A stretch of DNA of 64,000 nucleotides. Origin: Longilinea arvoryzae (GTDB taxonomy: Bacteria > Chloroflexota > Anaerolineae > Anaerolineales > Anaerolineaceae). Below the pieces are notes generated by a model. That model was not told the DNA's origin and searched no databases. It saw only the letters and a program-made list of their open reading frames with translations. Positions 46,855 to 56,974 of this stretch are shown here, piece by piece; position 1 is the first letter of the stretch; every line of letters starts with the position of its first letter. The stretch is from the NCBI RefSeq assembly GCF_001050235.1, contig NZ_DF967972.1:806171-870170 (forward strand), written 5' to 3'. The translations under genes and the position numbers were made by a program.

Positions 46855-47880
46855 ATGCCGTTCGATGCCGCAATCGATGAACTCTTGAACCGGGCCTGCC
46901 CGTCGATCCGCTACCGCCTGCGCGCTGAAATTCTAAACCAACCGCGCGGAAGCGCTGAAATGCACCGCCTGCAGGCGGAAATTCTGGGGGATGGAGTAGT
47001 CAAGGAAGTCGCCGGCTGGCAGCAGCCGGACGGCTGGCTGGCCTGGAATTTTCACGGATCTATGAGCACGGAGTGCGGTATCCGGCTGCTGTGTGAAAAG
47101 GGCATGGAACGCGATCAGCCGCTTCTTTCCCGGGCGCTGCACGCGTTGGCCGGCGCCGACCCGATCCGGTTGACGCGCGGCATTGGCAGGGTTGGCGGGC
47201 TGCTGGACGATCTGGGGTTGGGAGGGTCGCAGATGATCCGGGCGGCGGTGCTGGCCTACAGCGGCGTCGAAAACCTGCCCGGCGTGCAGGCGCAGATCGA
47301 ACGCGCGTTGGCCGGGTTCGCGGCCGTGCTGGACGTCCATTCCGAGGCGGATTTATTCGATGTTTACCGCGGAAAACGGGTGATCAGGCCCGGCGTCGCC
47401 TGGCCGAGTCTCTATCACCTGCGTTTGCTGGCCTATACGCGGGCCTGGCGCACGCCCCACAGGCTGGACGGGCTGGTGCAAAGCGTGCAGCGCCTGGTGG
47501 AGCTTTCGCCTGTTCCGGAATATAACGCCCGGCACGGGTCGCAGCTCATTGCGCCGGCTTCCTTCTGCATGCACGATTTCAGGCCGGTCCTGGCGGAACT
47601 GGACGCGGCCGGTTGGATGATGGAATTCCAGCGCCTGGAGTTGCTGGCGCGGTTAGGCGTCGTGAGCCGGGTCGCGGCGCTCCAAAACCAGGTGGCCGCG
47701 CTTGAGGAAATCCTGGAGGCGGGCGACGGGCTGTTCCGGCTGAAGTTGAACCACGCCTACTTCAAGCAGTGGGGCGCATACACCGGGCTGATGCTTGAAT
47801 CCGATTGGCGCGAGGCGCAACGCAGGATGTATGATCTGACCTTCCGCAGCCTGTTGATTTTGCATTACGCCCGATCCTAA
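46855..47880 (+). CDS. Hypothetical protein (possible alpha/alpha-toroid fold; Q-x2-DGW box)
   Basis: 341-aa ORF downstream of ANT(6); fold guessed from the QQPDGWLAW motif only. Confidence 0.45.
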   Translation: MPFDAAIDELLNRACPSIRYRLRAEILNQPRGSAEMHRLQAEILGDGVVKEVAGWQQPDGWLAWNFHGSMSTECGIRLLCEKGMERDQPLLSRALHALAGADPIRLTRGIGRVGGLLDDLGLGGSQMIRAAVLAYSGVENLPGVQAQIERALAGFAAVLDVHSEADLFDVYRGKRVIRPGVAWPSLYHLRLLAYTRAWRTPHRLDGLVQSVQRLVELSPVPEYNARHGSQLIAPASFCMHDFRPVLAELDAAGWMMEFQRLELLARLGVVSRVAALQNQVAALEEILEAGDGLFRLKLNHAYFKQWGAYTGLMLESDWREAQRRMYDLTFRSLLILHYARS

Positions 47881-47949
47881 GGCCGATCGGATATTTTTGC
47901 TATACTGAATCCATCATGATCTTCATCTTAGGGGGTTGGGAAACACGCT

Positions 47950-49053
47950 ATGGCCAAAATCTTAATCCTGGGTGGATATGGGCAGACCGGAAAACCATTG
48001 GCCCATCATTTACTGCAAGAATCACAGGCCGAGATCGTCCTTGGCGGGCGCAGCCTGGAAAAAGCGGCCGCGTTGGCCGCTCAGCTCAACGCGCAGTATC
48101 CCGGCGGGCGCGCCAGCGCCGTCCGCGTGGATGCAGCCAACGCGGAGAGCCTGCGCGCGGCCTTGCAGGGCGTCGATCTGCTGGTGGCAGCTGCGCCGAC
48201 CATGCGCCATGCCGAAACGGTGGCGCGCGCGGCGCTGGAGGCGGGCGCGGATTACCTGGACGTGCAGTTGGATTCCGGCAAGCTGGCCGTCCTGCGGGCG
48301 TTGGCGCCGGAAATTGAGCGCGCCGGGCGCTGCTTCATCACCGAGGCGGGTTTTCACCCCGGGCTGCCGGCGGCGATGGTGCGGTATGCGGCGGCGCGTC
48401 TCGATCGCCTGGATACCGCGATCACAGCCGCTTATTTGAACATGGGCCGGAACCTGCCTTATTCGGAAGCAGTCGATGAACTGATGCAGGTCTTTCAGAA
48501 CTACCAGGCGCAGGTATTTAAGAACGGTGCCTGGACGAAGGCCGGTTCGTACGAGATGCGCCAGGTGAATTTTGGCGGCGAGATCGGCGAACGGCGCTGT
48601 TATTCGATGTTCTTCGAAGAACTACGCGAATTACCGCACCTGTACCCGTCGTTGCGTGAAGTCGGCTTTTTTATTGCCGGTTCTGATTGGGCGACCGATT
48701 GGGTCATTACCCCGATTGTCATGCTGGGACTCAAACTGGCGCCAAAACGCGGCATCCGGCCGATGGGTAAATTGATGTGGTGGAGCATGCAAACCTTCAG
48801 CCGCCCGCCTCATATCGTCTTGTTGAAGGTCATCGCAAACGGAGAAAAGGATGGACGCACGGCTTGCGTGCAGGTCGCTCTCAGCCACCCGGATGGCTAC
48901 GAACTGACGGCCATCCCGGTGGCGGCCTGCCTGCTGCAGTGGCTGGACGGCTCAGTGCGCCGCCCCGGCCTGTGGATGATGGGACATCTGGCCGAGCCGC
49001 AGCGCCTGTTCGCGGATATGCGGCGTATGGGGGTGAAGGTGGAAGAAAGATAA
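47950..49053 (+). CDS. Saccharopine dehydrogenase NAD(P)-binding domain family oxidoreductase
   Basis: Rossmann GxGxxG (ILILGGYGQTG) at the N-terminus and overall similarity to the Sacchrp_dh family. Confidence 0.7.
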   Translation: MAKILILGGYGQTGKPLAHHLLQESQAEIVLGGRSLEKAAALAAQLNAQYPGGRASAVRVDAANAESLRAALQGVDLLVAAAPTMRHAETVARAALEAGADYLDVQLDSGKLAVLRALAPEIERAGRCFITEAGFHPGLPAAMVRYAAARLDRLDTAITAAYLNMGRNLPYSEAVDELMQVFQNYQAQVFKNGAWTKAGSYEMRQVNFGGEIGERRCYSMFFEELRELPHLYPSLREVGFFIAGSDWATDWVITPIVMLGLKLAPKRGIRPMGKLMWWSMQTFSRPPHIVLLKVIANGEKDGRTACVQVALSHPDGYELTAIPVAACLLQWLDGSVRRPGLWMMGHLAEPQRLFADMRRMGVKVEER

Positions 49054-49104
49054 CAGGGATGGGGAGGATGAAGAGGATTATTAAGAAAGAAACCATCCTC
49101 TAGA

Positions 49105-49563
49105 TTGCCAATGACGAATGCACCCGCTGAAACCATGAAAAGTGTAGATCATTTCAAGTTCGCGCGCTGGTTCGCGCGGCTGGCCGTGGCGACGGTGTTC
49201 GCCCTGAATGTAAGCTGCGCGCTGCTCTTCATTTTTCAGCCGCAGAATTACACCGGCGGGTTCGAAGTCTCCGGTGTGGCCGGCGAGGCGGTCGTGCGCG
49301 GTTACGGGATCCTGTTTCTGATGTGGAACGTCCCTTATCTCCTGGTCATCCTGCAGCCGCAGCGTCACAAAACGTTGTTCGGGGTAGTGCTGGCCCAGCA
49401 GGCCATCGGCGTGCTGGGCGAGAGCTGGATGTGGCTGGCGCTGCCGCCGGGGCACGCCGCGTTGAGCGCCACCGGGCTGCGGTTCATTTTCTTCGACGGC
49501 GGCGGGTTGATCTGGATGGGCGCGGCGTTCCTTGGGTTGAGGACCGCCAACCGGTCGCAGTAA
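49105..49563 (+). CDS. Hypothetical membrane protein (4 predicted TM)
   Basis: Hydrophobic helices throughout; no motifs. Confidence 0.45.
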   Translation: MPMTNAPAETMKSVDHFKFARWFARLAVATVFALNVSCALLFIFQPQNYTGGFEVSGVAGEAVVRGYGILFLMWNVPYLLVILQPQRHKTLFGVVLAQQAIGVLGESWMWLALPPGHAALSATGLRFIFFDGGGLIWMGAAFLGLRTANRSQ

Positions 49564-49657
49564 CGCATTTCCTCGTAGCGGTCGGCCTGCGTGCCGACCC
49601 AACGCCCGAAGAGCGGCATCCTACGGGTGTAGGCACGCCGGTCCGTCGCAACGATCG

Positions 49658-51136
49658 TCAACTGCGATTGGGACGCTGGCGGATCGAGATCAACATGAAG
49701 ACCAGCGCGACCAGGGCCAACGGCAGCCAGATGAAGGGTTCGAAGCCGGTCAGTCCCCGGGCCGGCGTGGGCGTGACGGTCGGGGTGAAGAGGGGTTTCC
49801 CGGTCGGGGTGATGGATGTGGCGCTGGGCTGTAAAGCCGCCGCCGTGCTTGTGGCGCTCAGGGCCTGTTGAGTGGCCTGTCGCGCAGCCCCGTCCGCCGT
49901 GGCGGTCTGGTCGAGAGCAGCCTGGGTGGCGTAGGGAGCGGCCTCGGTCTGGAGCGATTGAATCTCGGCGTTGATCTGGATCAGATCGGCGTTTTCCGGA
50001 AACAGGCTCAACCCGCGGCTGACCAGATCGCACAATTCCGGCGGGCAGACGCCTTTGAACATCAGGCTGGACCAGCCGCCGGTGCGCATCAACCAGCGGG
50101 CATATTCGGCGTAAATCTCCGCGCGCTGCGGGGCCAATTCCAACGCGCGCCGGTAGGCGACGTTGGCCTGATCTGCCAGGGTAACCCCGCCGCCGTGCTG
50201 GCCGACCGATTTGACAATCATCACGGCACCCTGGATGGCGTTGGCCAGTTCCAGTTGCGCGTCGGCCGAATCCGGGCTGTTGGCGGCCTGGGCGCGCGCC
50301 CGCACCAGGGCGCGGTAGCGCTCGGGTTCGAGCACGTCCACGTAGATGTTGTCCTTTGCGCCGGGTTCCAGATCGGTCAATTCCCAGTGAATCACGTTGT
50401 TTTCGATGCTGTAACCGGTCGGCTGCGGCGCGATGGGCAGGCCTTCGATGGATTTTCCGGACAGCGAGACGCTTTCGGCGGTGACCGTATCCGGCAGGTA
50501 CACGTTGATCACAGCTTTGCCGATGCTATCCTTCCAGCCGGCGCCGGTCTGCAGGATGTACTCGAAACCGCCGAAAGGCCGCCGTCCGCTGGGATAGAGC
50601 GTGTAATTAACCCGCACGGTCACGTCCTTGCCGGCTGGGAAGGTCATCCCGAAGCGCGCCCAGGCGCTTTGCTGGGCCGGGTCGCTCACGTCCGGTGCCT
50701 GCACCTGTTCGGTCGCGGTCGGTTGCCCGTCCACCCAGACCTTGAAATCGCTGACGATGTTCTCAGGGGTATAGGGCAGCATGCCGGGGTAGCGCAGCGA
50801 TGCGGCCAGCGGGAACCACACGTCGAAGGCTTCATCCGCTGTGCCCAGGTTGCGCATGGTGAACACCGCTTCGACCAGCGCGCGCATGTGATAGGCCGGC
50901 GACTGCTCGCCGCCTGCCGGGACGGGACGCTCGAAGGATTCGATGGTCAGGTTGACTTCTTCGGCCAGCATGCGCACGTTGGTATCGACGCCCTGCGGCG
51001 CCTCCAGCGACGATCCGCCCGGACTGAGCGGCGGCCAACCGATGTCGGCACGGGTTGTGGATGGCGGCGATGAGATCCAGGCAGCGGCCAATAACACCAG
51101 CGCCGCGCAAATCTGAAAAATCGATCTGGATTTCAT
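49658..51136 (-). CDS. Secreted protein with a C-terminal membrane anchor, unknown function
   Basis: N-terminal signal peptide, about 430-aa ectodomain, C-terminal TM helix plus basic tail (FIWLPLALVALVFMLISIRQRPNRS). Confidence 0.55.
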   Translation of the reverse strand: MKSRSIFQICAALVLLAAAWISSPPSTTRADIGWPPLSPGGSSLEAPQGVDTNVRMLAEEVNLTIESFERPVPAGGEQSPAYHMRALVEAVFTMRNLGTADEAFDVWFPLAASLRYPGMLPYTPENIVSDFKVWVDGQPTATEQVQAPDVSDPAQQSAWARFGMTFPAGKDVTVRVNYTLYPSGRRPFGGFEYILQTGAGWKDSIGKAVINVYLPDTVTAESVSLSGKSIEGLPIAPQPTGYSIENNVIHWELTDLEPGAKDNIYVDVLEPERYRALVRARAQAANSPDSADAQLELANAIQGAVMIVKSVGQHGGGVTLADQANVAYRRALELAPQRAEIYAEYARWLMRTGGWSSLMFKGVCPPELCDLVSRGLSLFPENADLIQINAEIQSLQTEAAPYATQAALDQTATADGAARQATQQALSATSTAAALQPSATSITPTGKPLFTPTVTPTPARGLTGFEPFIWLPLALVALVFMLISIRQRPNRS

Positions 51137-51351
51137 GGCGTACTCCTGACGGCAATTTTCCTCTTTCCCTGTAGTTTCATTTTAAGACATTTCCGGGCGT
51201 TGATTCGTTCCATTTTTCCCAAGACTCATACGCCAGATATATCCTGGAACCAAAATCAGTTATGAAAATCACATCAATTTTTAAGTTTTACAATGTATAA
51301 TAATGGTGAATACTTCAGAAAAATGGCATTTAGTCATTAAAGGTTCGAAAA

Positions 51352-52212
51352 ATGGACGAAAATCGGATTGCAATCCTTACCGACAGCACCTGTGATGTCC
51401 CCCAGGCGTTGATCGATCGGTATAATATTAGCGTGATCCCGCACGTGGTGATCTGGGGCAACGAGCAATACCGCGACCGGGTGGACATCCAACCCGAGGA
51501 TTTTTACAAACGTCTGGTCACGGACCCGCAGCGCCCGACCTCCTCCCAGGCCGGCATTCCGGATTTTACAGAGGCTTATGAAAAGGCGGCCAGCCGCGGC
51601 GCGAAGGAAATCATCATCCTGACGGTCAGCAGCGCCATGAGCGGCGCCTACCAAATGGCCCAAAAAGCTGCCCGGCTGGTCAAAATTCCGGTTTCGGTGG
51701 TCGATTCCAAAGGCCCGACCATGACGCTGGGCTGGCAGGTGCTGGCGGCGGCGCGCGCCGTCGCCGCCGGACTGGACGTCAAGGGCGTGCTGAACGCGGT
51801 GGATGCCGTGCGCAAGAATATGGTCCAGGTGGTGGCGATGGATACGCTCGAATACCTGCAAAAGGGCGGGCGCATCGGCAACGCGGTGAAATGGGTGGGC
51901 GGCCTCTTGCAGGTGAAACCCCTGGTTTCGATCAATCACCAGACCGGGCTGGTGGAGCCGGTGGGTCTGGCGCGCACGCACAAAAGCCTGGTGGAAATGC
52001 TCTACAGCAAGTTCTTCGACAGCCTGAAGAGCACCGAGAACCTGCATGTGGCCGTTCTGCATGGCAACGTGATGCAGGAAGCCGAGGCTCTGGCCGGGCG
52101 CATTCAAAAGGAATTCCATCCCGTCGAACTGCTGGTCAACATCACCGGGCCGGTGCTGGGCATCAATACCGGGCCGGGCGCGCTGGCCTTGTGTGGCTAT
52201 TCCGAAGGCTGA
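51352..52212 (+). CDS. DegV-family fatty-acid-binding protein
   Basis: N-terminal ILTDSTCD motif and the length (about 285 aa) typical of DegV. Confidence 0.85.
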   Translation: MDENRIAILTDSTCDVPQALIDRYNISVIPHVVIWGNEQYRDRVDIQPEDFYKRLVTDPQRPTSSQAGIPDFTEAYEKAASRGAKEIIILTVSSAMSGAYQMAQKAARLVKIPVSVVDSKGPTMTLGWQVLAAARAVAAGLDVKGVLNAVDAVRKNMVQVVAMDTLEYLQKGGRIGNAVKWVGGLLQVKPLVSINHQTGLVEPVGLARTHKSLVEMLYSKFFDSLKSTENLHVAVLHGNVMQEAEALAGRIQKEFHPVELLVNITGPVLGINTGPGALALCGYSEG

Positions 52213-52316
52213 GACTCCCGGAAGAGTAAAAGACAGTGGACATGGACCTGAGCCGTCTGTGAAAACAGGGGGCTGTTTTGGTTTGACAGCCCGTTGGCCG
52301 GCTCTATAATTTTTCT

Positions 52317-54017
52317 ATGTCCCACGAAGCATTCGAACTGAATATCGACGTGCTGGATGTCTCGCAATGCAGTTATGCCGAGCGCATTTGCGCTGCCGCG
52401 CTGCAGGGATTGGCCAACCGGGCCGGGCCGCGGCTGTATCTGGATTACGGCACCTACGACGATCCGGCCGCGCGCCGTACCAACGAAGTCTTCATGTCTG
52501 ACGAATTCTGGTACGGTAAATACCGCGACCTGGTCGGGGCGCAGGACCGCCGCAACCTGGAGTATTACCGCCAGGAACACAGCGCGCGGATCCGCGAGGC
52601 CGGGAACCTGGACGAACTGATTCGGAAATACGCCGCCGAATTGAACGGCTGTGTGGTGTGGGACGCGGCCGTTCCCGACACGGTCAACCTGGCGCTGATG
52701 CTGGCCGCACAGCAAAATTTGCTGCCGGTGGATGAAACGTTGTTGCCTCGGGTTTCAGCCTGCGGTCTGGAGGTGCGCCAGGACCTGCGCGGCTGTTTCG
52801 GCGAGCGGGTGGATCTGTACCGCTGGGCGTTGGAGAACCTGATGCCGGGTTGCAAGCCGGGCTGGTTGGGCTGCATCGAACCCGAATGGCAGCGCCCCGA
52901 ATTCGTCGATTTTCTGGTCCAGAATAAGGTCTTTATCTACAACCTCTCCAGCCGTGAAAAAGGACTGGGCGGTGACCTGCTGCTCCTGCTGGCGTTCGGA
53001 CCGGCCTGGCTGCGCGAGGTTCTCTTCGCATTGCGGCTGGATATACTCGTCCGGCGCTACGCGCTGCGTTGGCTGGGGACGCATTCGCCCGAGGTTGGCC
53101 TGAACATTCGCATTCAGCAGCGCGCCCGGCGGGAGGCGATCCAGTCGGATGAATTTCCGACGTTATTTGGCTGGCACACCTGCCGCGACGATGAGCTGAG
53201 CCTGATGCTGCTGCTCTCGGCCAACGGGCTGCGGCTGGCGCCGGCCCACCTGGCGGGCAACTTTTCGTTTCACAACCGGGTGAAGCCGCTGGACGGCGTC
53301 GGCCCCGCGCCGGCGGTCGAAACCCGCCTGGATGAGCAGGGCGTCTACCTCACCTTCACGCTTTCGGACGGCGACCAGTTGATGATGATGAGCACCGCCG
53401 AACTGGGCAACTGGTACAGCCCGGCGCGCGGCCGGGTGTGCTTCAATTGGGAGACGCAGCCGCTGCTGGCCGAACTGGCGCCGGCGCTGCTGGAAAAATT
53501 CCAGCGTTCCGCCAGCGTCACCGACTGCCTGATCGCCGGTCCTTCCGGGGCGGGCTACGTCGTCCCACCGCTGGCCCCGGACCTGCCGGGCTACCTGCGT
53601 GAGACGGTTCGCCTGTGCCAGGCCGCCGGCCTGCGCGTGGCGACCACCTACGTGGCCGACCCGCCGCGGCGCGTGCTCCGCCAGCTTGCCCGTCACGGTG
53701 GAGGGCTGGATTTCCTGGCCGGTTACGCCGTGATCCAGCGCAAGCCGCAAACGCGCATCGGCGACTGCGTGGTGATTGCCAATGAAATTCCGGCCGTGAG
53801 CCAGATCTGGGACGCGGCCGAACAGACCCTGGCGAACGTGCGCCGGTTGATCGAAGCGCCCGGACCGCGCCCGCGCTTCATCGGCGTGCACCTGTTCGCC
53901 TATCGCACCACGATCGAAGACGTGGCGCGCTTCGCCGAGACCCTGCAGGATGCGCACGTGCACATCGTTCGCGCGGATACCTTCCTATCCTTGGCCAAAG
54001 GGCATTTGCGGCGCTGA
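52317..54017 (+). CDS. Hypothetical 566-aa protein; a candidate carbohydrate-active enzyme coupled to the downstream GPH transporter
   Basis: No signal peptide; conserved acidic/aromatic boxes; followed 23 nt later by the sugar:cation symporter gene. Confidence 0.5.
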   Translation: MSHEAFELNIDVLDVSQCSYAERICAAALQGLANRAGPRLYLDYGTYDDPAARRTNEVFMSDEFWYGKYRDLVGAQDRRNLEYYRQEHSARIREAGNLDELIRKYAAELNGCVVWDAAVPDTVNLALMLAAQQNLLPVDETLLPRVSACGLEVRQDLRGCFGERVDLYRWALENLMPGCKPGWLGCIEPEWQRPEFVDFLVQNKVFIYNLSSREKGLGGDLLLLLAFGPAWLREVLFALRLDILVRRYALRWLGTHSPEVGLNIRIQQRARREAIQSDEFPTLFGWHTCRDDELSLMLLLSANGLRLAPAHLAGNFSFHNRVKPLDGVGPAPAVETRLDEQGVYLTFTLSDGDQLMMMSTAELGNWYSPARGRVCFNWETQPLLAELAPALLEKFQRSASVTDCLIAGPSGAGYVVPPLAPDLPGYLRETVRLCQAAGLRVATTYVADPPRRVLRQLARHGGGLDFLAGYAVIQRKPQTRIGDCVVIANEIPAVSQIWDAAEQTLANVRRLIEAPGPRPRFIGVHLFAYRTTIEDVARFAETLQDAHVHIVRADTFLSLAKGHLRR

Positions 54018-54039
54018 CCCGCCACAAGAGAGGGGCACG

Positions 54040-55389
54040 ATGAACGCCAAACTTTCCGCCGGCACCAAAGTGTTTTATGGAATCGCCGACCTGGGCATTT
54101 CCATGCTGACCGCTTCGATCCAGTTCTTCCTGCTGTTTTTCTACACCGACATCGCCGGCATCGATCCGGCCCTGGCTGGTTCGGCGCTGCTGGTGGGCAA
54201 ACTGACCTGGGATGCCATCAACGATCCTTTCTTCGGATTTCTCTCGGACCGCACCCGCAGCCGCTGGGGACGCCGCAAGCCCTACATGCTGTTGGGTGCC
54301 ATCCCCTTCGGCCTGTCGATCTGGCTGCTGTTCTCGCTGCCGCCGGGCCTGGTGGGGGTGAAGGCGTTTCTGGCCGTGCTGGGTTCCTTCCTGCTGGCGG
54401 ATACCTTCCAGACCATGGTGAGCGTACCCTATTACGCGCTCTCCGCCGAGCTGACTTACGACTACGACGAGCGCACCTCATTGATCTCGGTGCGCATGAT
54501 CTTTACCGTGCTGGGGTATATCCTCGGCGCGGCGCTGACCACGGCCGTGGCGGGTTTCTTCATCGGCCTGGGTTGGACGAAGAACGCCGCTTACAGCGGG
54601 ATGGGCGGGGTGTTCGGCGTGGTCGCTGTCATCACCCTGCTGGTGACAACCTTCGGCGTCAGGGAGCGCCCCAACCCCGACCTGCAGCCGGCGAAAATGC
54701 CGGCGCTCTCGCAGATCCAGCACGTGCTGCGCAACCGGCCCTTCGTGCAGTACATGATCATGAGCACCATCATCAGCATCAGCTTCACATTACTGACCAG
54801 CCTGCTGCCGTACTATTTGACCTACCAGCTCCAGATGACCGATCAGATTTCCTTCGTCATGTTCGTCATGCTGGCAACCATTGGCGTCTTCCTGCTGCCC
54901 TGGCGCTACGCGTCGACCCGGATGAGCAAGGGACCCGCCTATGCGTTGGGTCTGGCGATCGCCTGCGTGGCGATTGGGGTGGCCTTTTTCCTGCCGCCAG
55001 GACCCACGCCCATCATCTACGGGGTGGCATTCGTGGCCGGGCTGGGGTTCTCTGCCCAGTACGTCTTCCCGTGGAGCATGGTGCCCGACGTGATCGAGGT
55101 GGATCAGGCCAAAACCGGCGAACGCCACGAGGGTATCTACTTTGGCATCAATGCCTTCCTGGGCAAGATGACCGGCGCCCTGGGCATCGCTGCCAGCGGT
55201 TGGGCGCTCAAACTGTACGGGTACGTGCCCAACGCGGTCCAAACGCCGCACGCCCTGTTTGGCATCCGTTTTTTCTTCGCCGTGGTGCCGGTGATCGCCT
55301 TCCTGGCGGCGCTGCCGCTCTTGATCTGGTACCCGATCAACCGTAAGAATCACGCCGAATTGGTGGCGGGGGTGAAGGAAGCAGATTAG
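54040..55389 (+). CDS. MFS transporter of the glycoside-pentoside-hexuronide (GPH):cation symporter family
   Basis: N-terminal GPH signature (YG..D.G......Q.FLLFFYTD..GI..A.AG.....K.WDAINDP..G...DRT....GRRKP). Confidence 0.8.
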   Translation: MNAKLSAGTKVFYGIADLGISMLTASIQFFLLFFYTDIAGIDPALAGSALLVGKLTWDAINDPFFGFLSDRTRSRWGRRKPYMLLGAIPFGLSIWLLFSLPPGLVGVKAFLAVLGSFLLADTFQTMVSVPYYALSAELTYDYDERTSLISVRMIFTVLGYILGAALTTAVAGFFIGLGWTKNAAYSGMGGVFGVVAVITLLVTTFGVRERPNPDLQPAKMPALSQIQHVLRNRPFVQYMIMSTIISISFTLLTSLLPYYLTYQLQMTDQISFVMFVMLATIGVFLLPWRYASTRMSKGPAYALGLAIACVAIGVAFFLPPGPTPIIYGVAFVAGLGFSAQYVFPWSMVPDVIEVDQAKTGERHEGIYFGINAFLGKMTGALGIAASGWALKLYGYVPNAVQTPHALFGIRFFFAVVPVIAFLAALPLLIWYPINRKNHAELVAGVKEAD

Positions 55390-55419
55390 TCTTCGATTGT
55401 TTTCAACAATCGGCGAAAC

Positions 55420-56799
55420 CTATTTCCGGACGGCCGGGATATAGGTCATGTGAGCGTTGAAGGCCAGCCAGGTGGCCAGACGGCCGTCGCTCTGAATTTC
55501 GTTCCAGATGCCGGCCACATATTCGCCATTGACGGCCATATCCAGCCCGCCGCGGCCGTTCCAATCGGTGGAATGGATGATCTTCTTTCCATTGACCAAA
55601 TCATAAAAATAAATATCGTCTGCCATGGTCGGAAATCCGCAAATATGCCAGCCGATCACCGGAACCAACCCGTCCACCAGGCCGATCCTGGGATGGCAGG
55701 CGTGGTCAGTGCCCGTGTAGAACGGTTCAAGGCGCGAAGGCGTACAGGTGGAACCATTCGGATAACAGGCGGTCATGTAGAGATCACCCTGGTTGATGTG
55801 ATCGTTATTGTGGGCAGAAAATACGATCCAGACGCGATCGCTGGTGGAGGCGATGGCGGGGCCGCCGTAGAAGTACCAGGATTTGGCCGCTGGTAGGTCG
55901 ATCGTCTTCAAACCGCCAACGTTTTTACAATCGCTGGGAGCGCAGTAATACAATCTCATCCAATCACTGCTGCTCTCGTCGGCGGCCATGGCGATGTAAA
56001 GATACCCATCGTCGGATTCGATGCTGATGGCGGGTGGAAAGAAGGGACCGGTTTCATATTGTAATTCGTGCGCCATATCGACATCCACGGCGCCGTAATT
56101 ATCGTTGAGATAGCCGGTTTTGCTGTTTCCGGAACCCTGCAGCCAGGCGACGTGCAATGAGCCGGCCGTGCTCACCGCCGCAGCGGGGTTGGTGCGCCGT
56201 ATGCCGTCATCCGCAACGGGATGGTCGCTGACAAAATGGCAGCCAAAGCCTGCATCACTGATCCGGCAGAAACGCAAGACGCTGCCGGTGGCGTAGTCGT
56301 TGGTGACTTCATGAACCGCGTACACCGTATCACCGCGGCTGGCCAGGATGGGCGCCGACAGGCTGTGCGTACCCAGGTCGAGCACCTGCGGATCCATCTG
56401 GTCGCTGGTGGTGTACCAGGTGGAACACTCCCGCCCATTGACATTGTTTGCCGGGCAATTCTGCCAGATCATATAGGCCGGGCCCGAGTCGGTGACCACG
56501 ATGTCCGGGTTGCGGAAGGTATATCCGGAAGCCGGGGTGAAGTACCACAACACCCCCACTTCACCGATATGCGTCATTTCGTAGGTCAATTCACAGGACG
56601 GATTGGAACCCGATGGGCATTCGGCGTGCAGGAGGTATTTGGCACCACCCGAATCCACGGCGATCGCCAGTTGCGAATCGGCGGTGGCGCTATGATTGAT
56701 ATCCATCAGCGAACGCGGCGCTGGCTTTGGATAAGAATCGATACAACCCGTCAGCAGCAGGACGCTCAATGCCAGGAACCAGGAAAGGCGACGTTTCAT
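55420..56799 (-). CDS. Cys-rich secreted lipoprotein, unknown function (probable beta-propeller/sandwich)
   Basis: Lipobox (LLTGC); about 20 Cys; no catalytic motif recognised. Confidence 0.55.
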   Translation of the reverse strand: MKRRLSWFLALSVLLLTGCIDSYPKPAPRSLMDINHSATADSQLAIAVDSGGAKYLLHAECPSGSNPSCELTYEMTHIGEVGVLWYFTPASGYTFRNPDIVVTDSGPAYMIWQNCPANNVNGRECSTWYTTSDQMDPQVLDLGTHSLSAPILASRGDTVYAVHEVTNDYATGSVLRFCRISDAGFGCHFVSDHPVADDGIRRTNPAAAVSTAGSLHVAWLQGSGNSKTGYLNDNYGAVDVDMAHELQYETGPFFPPAISIESDDGYLYIAMAADESSSDWMRLYYCAPSDCKNVGGLKTIDLPAAKSWYFYGGPAIASTSDRVWIVFSAHNNDHINQGDLYMTACYPNGSTCTPSRLEPFYTGTDHACHPRIGLVDGLVPVIGWHICGFPTMADDIYFYDLVNGKKIIHSTDWNGRGGLDMAVNGEYVAGIWNEIQSDGRLATWLAFNAHMTYIPAVRK

Positions 56800-56920
56800 G
56801 GCGATCTGTTCCTTGTATTCGTTTAAAATAACTGGTGAAAAGCTGTAACTATTTTACCGAATTATTATGAAAATAGATATCGGATCAATATCGTTAATTG
56901 ACGGTCTGATTAAAGAACAG

Positions 56921-56962
56921 CCGTCCGGCTCTGAATCAGGCTGCGGACGGCTGTTGGTCACC
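56921..56962 (-). terminator. Stem-loop (acagccgtccg ... cggacggctgt) downstream of nirS
   Basis: 11-bp perfect stem about 15 nt after the nirS stop; weak T-tract. Confidence 0.4.
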
Positions 56963-56974
56963 TGCCCGGATCGT

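Noticed and set aside
49868-51073. Plus-strand 401-aa ORF opposite the secreted/anchored protein gene
   Set aside because: Shadow ORF with a low-complexity, Gly/Arg-rich translation.
55420-56799. Lipoprotein downstream of nirS as a NirF-like d1-haem dehydrogenase
   Set aside because: It lacks the d1-propeller boxes shared by NirS/NirF/NirN (for example HPGRG) and is Cys-rich with a different pattern. The function remains unknown.
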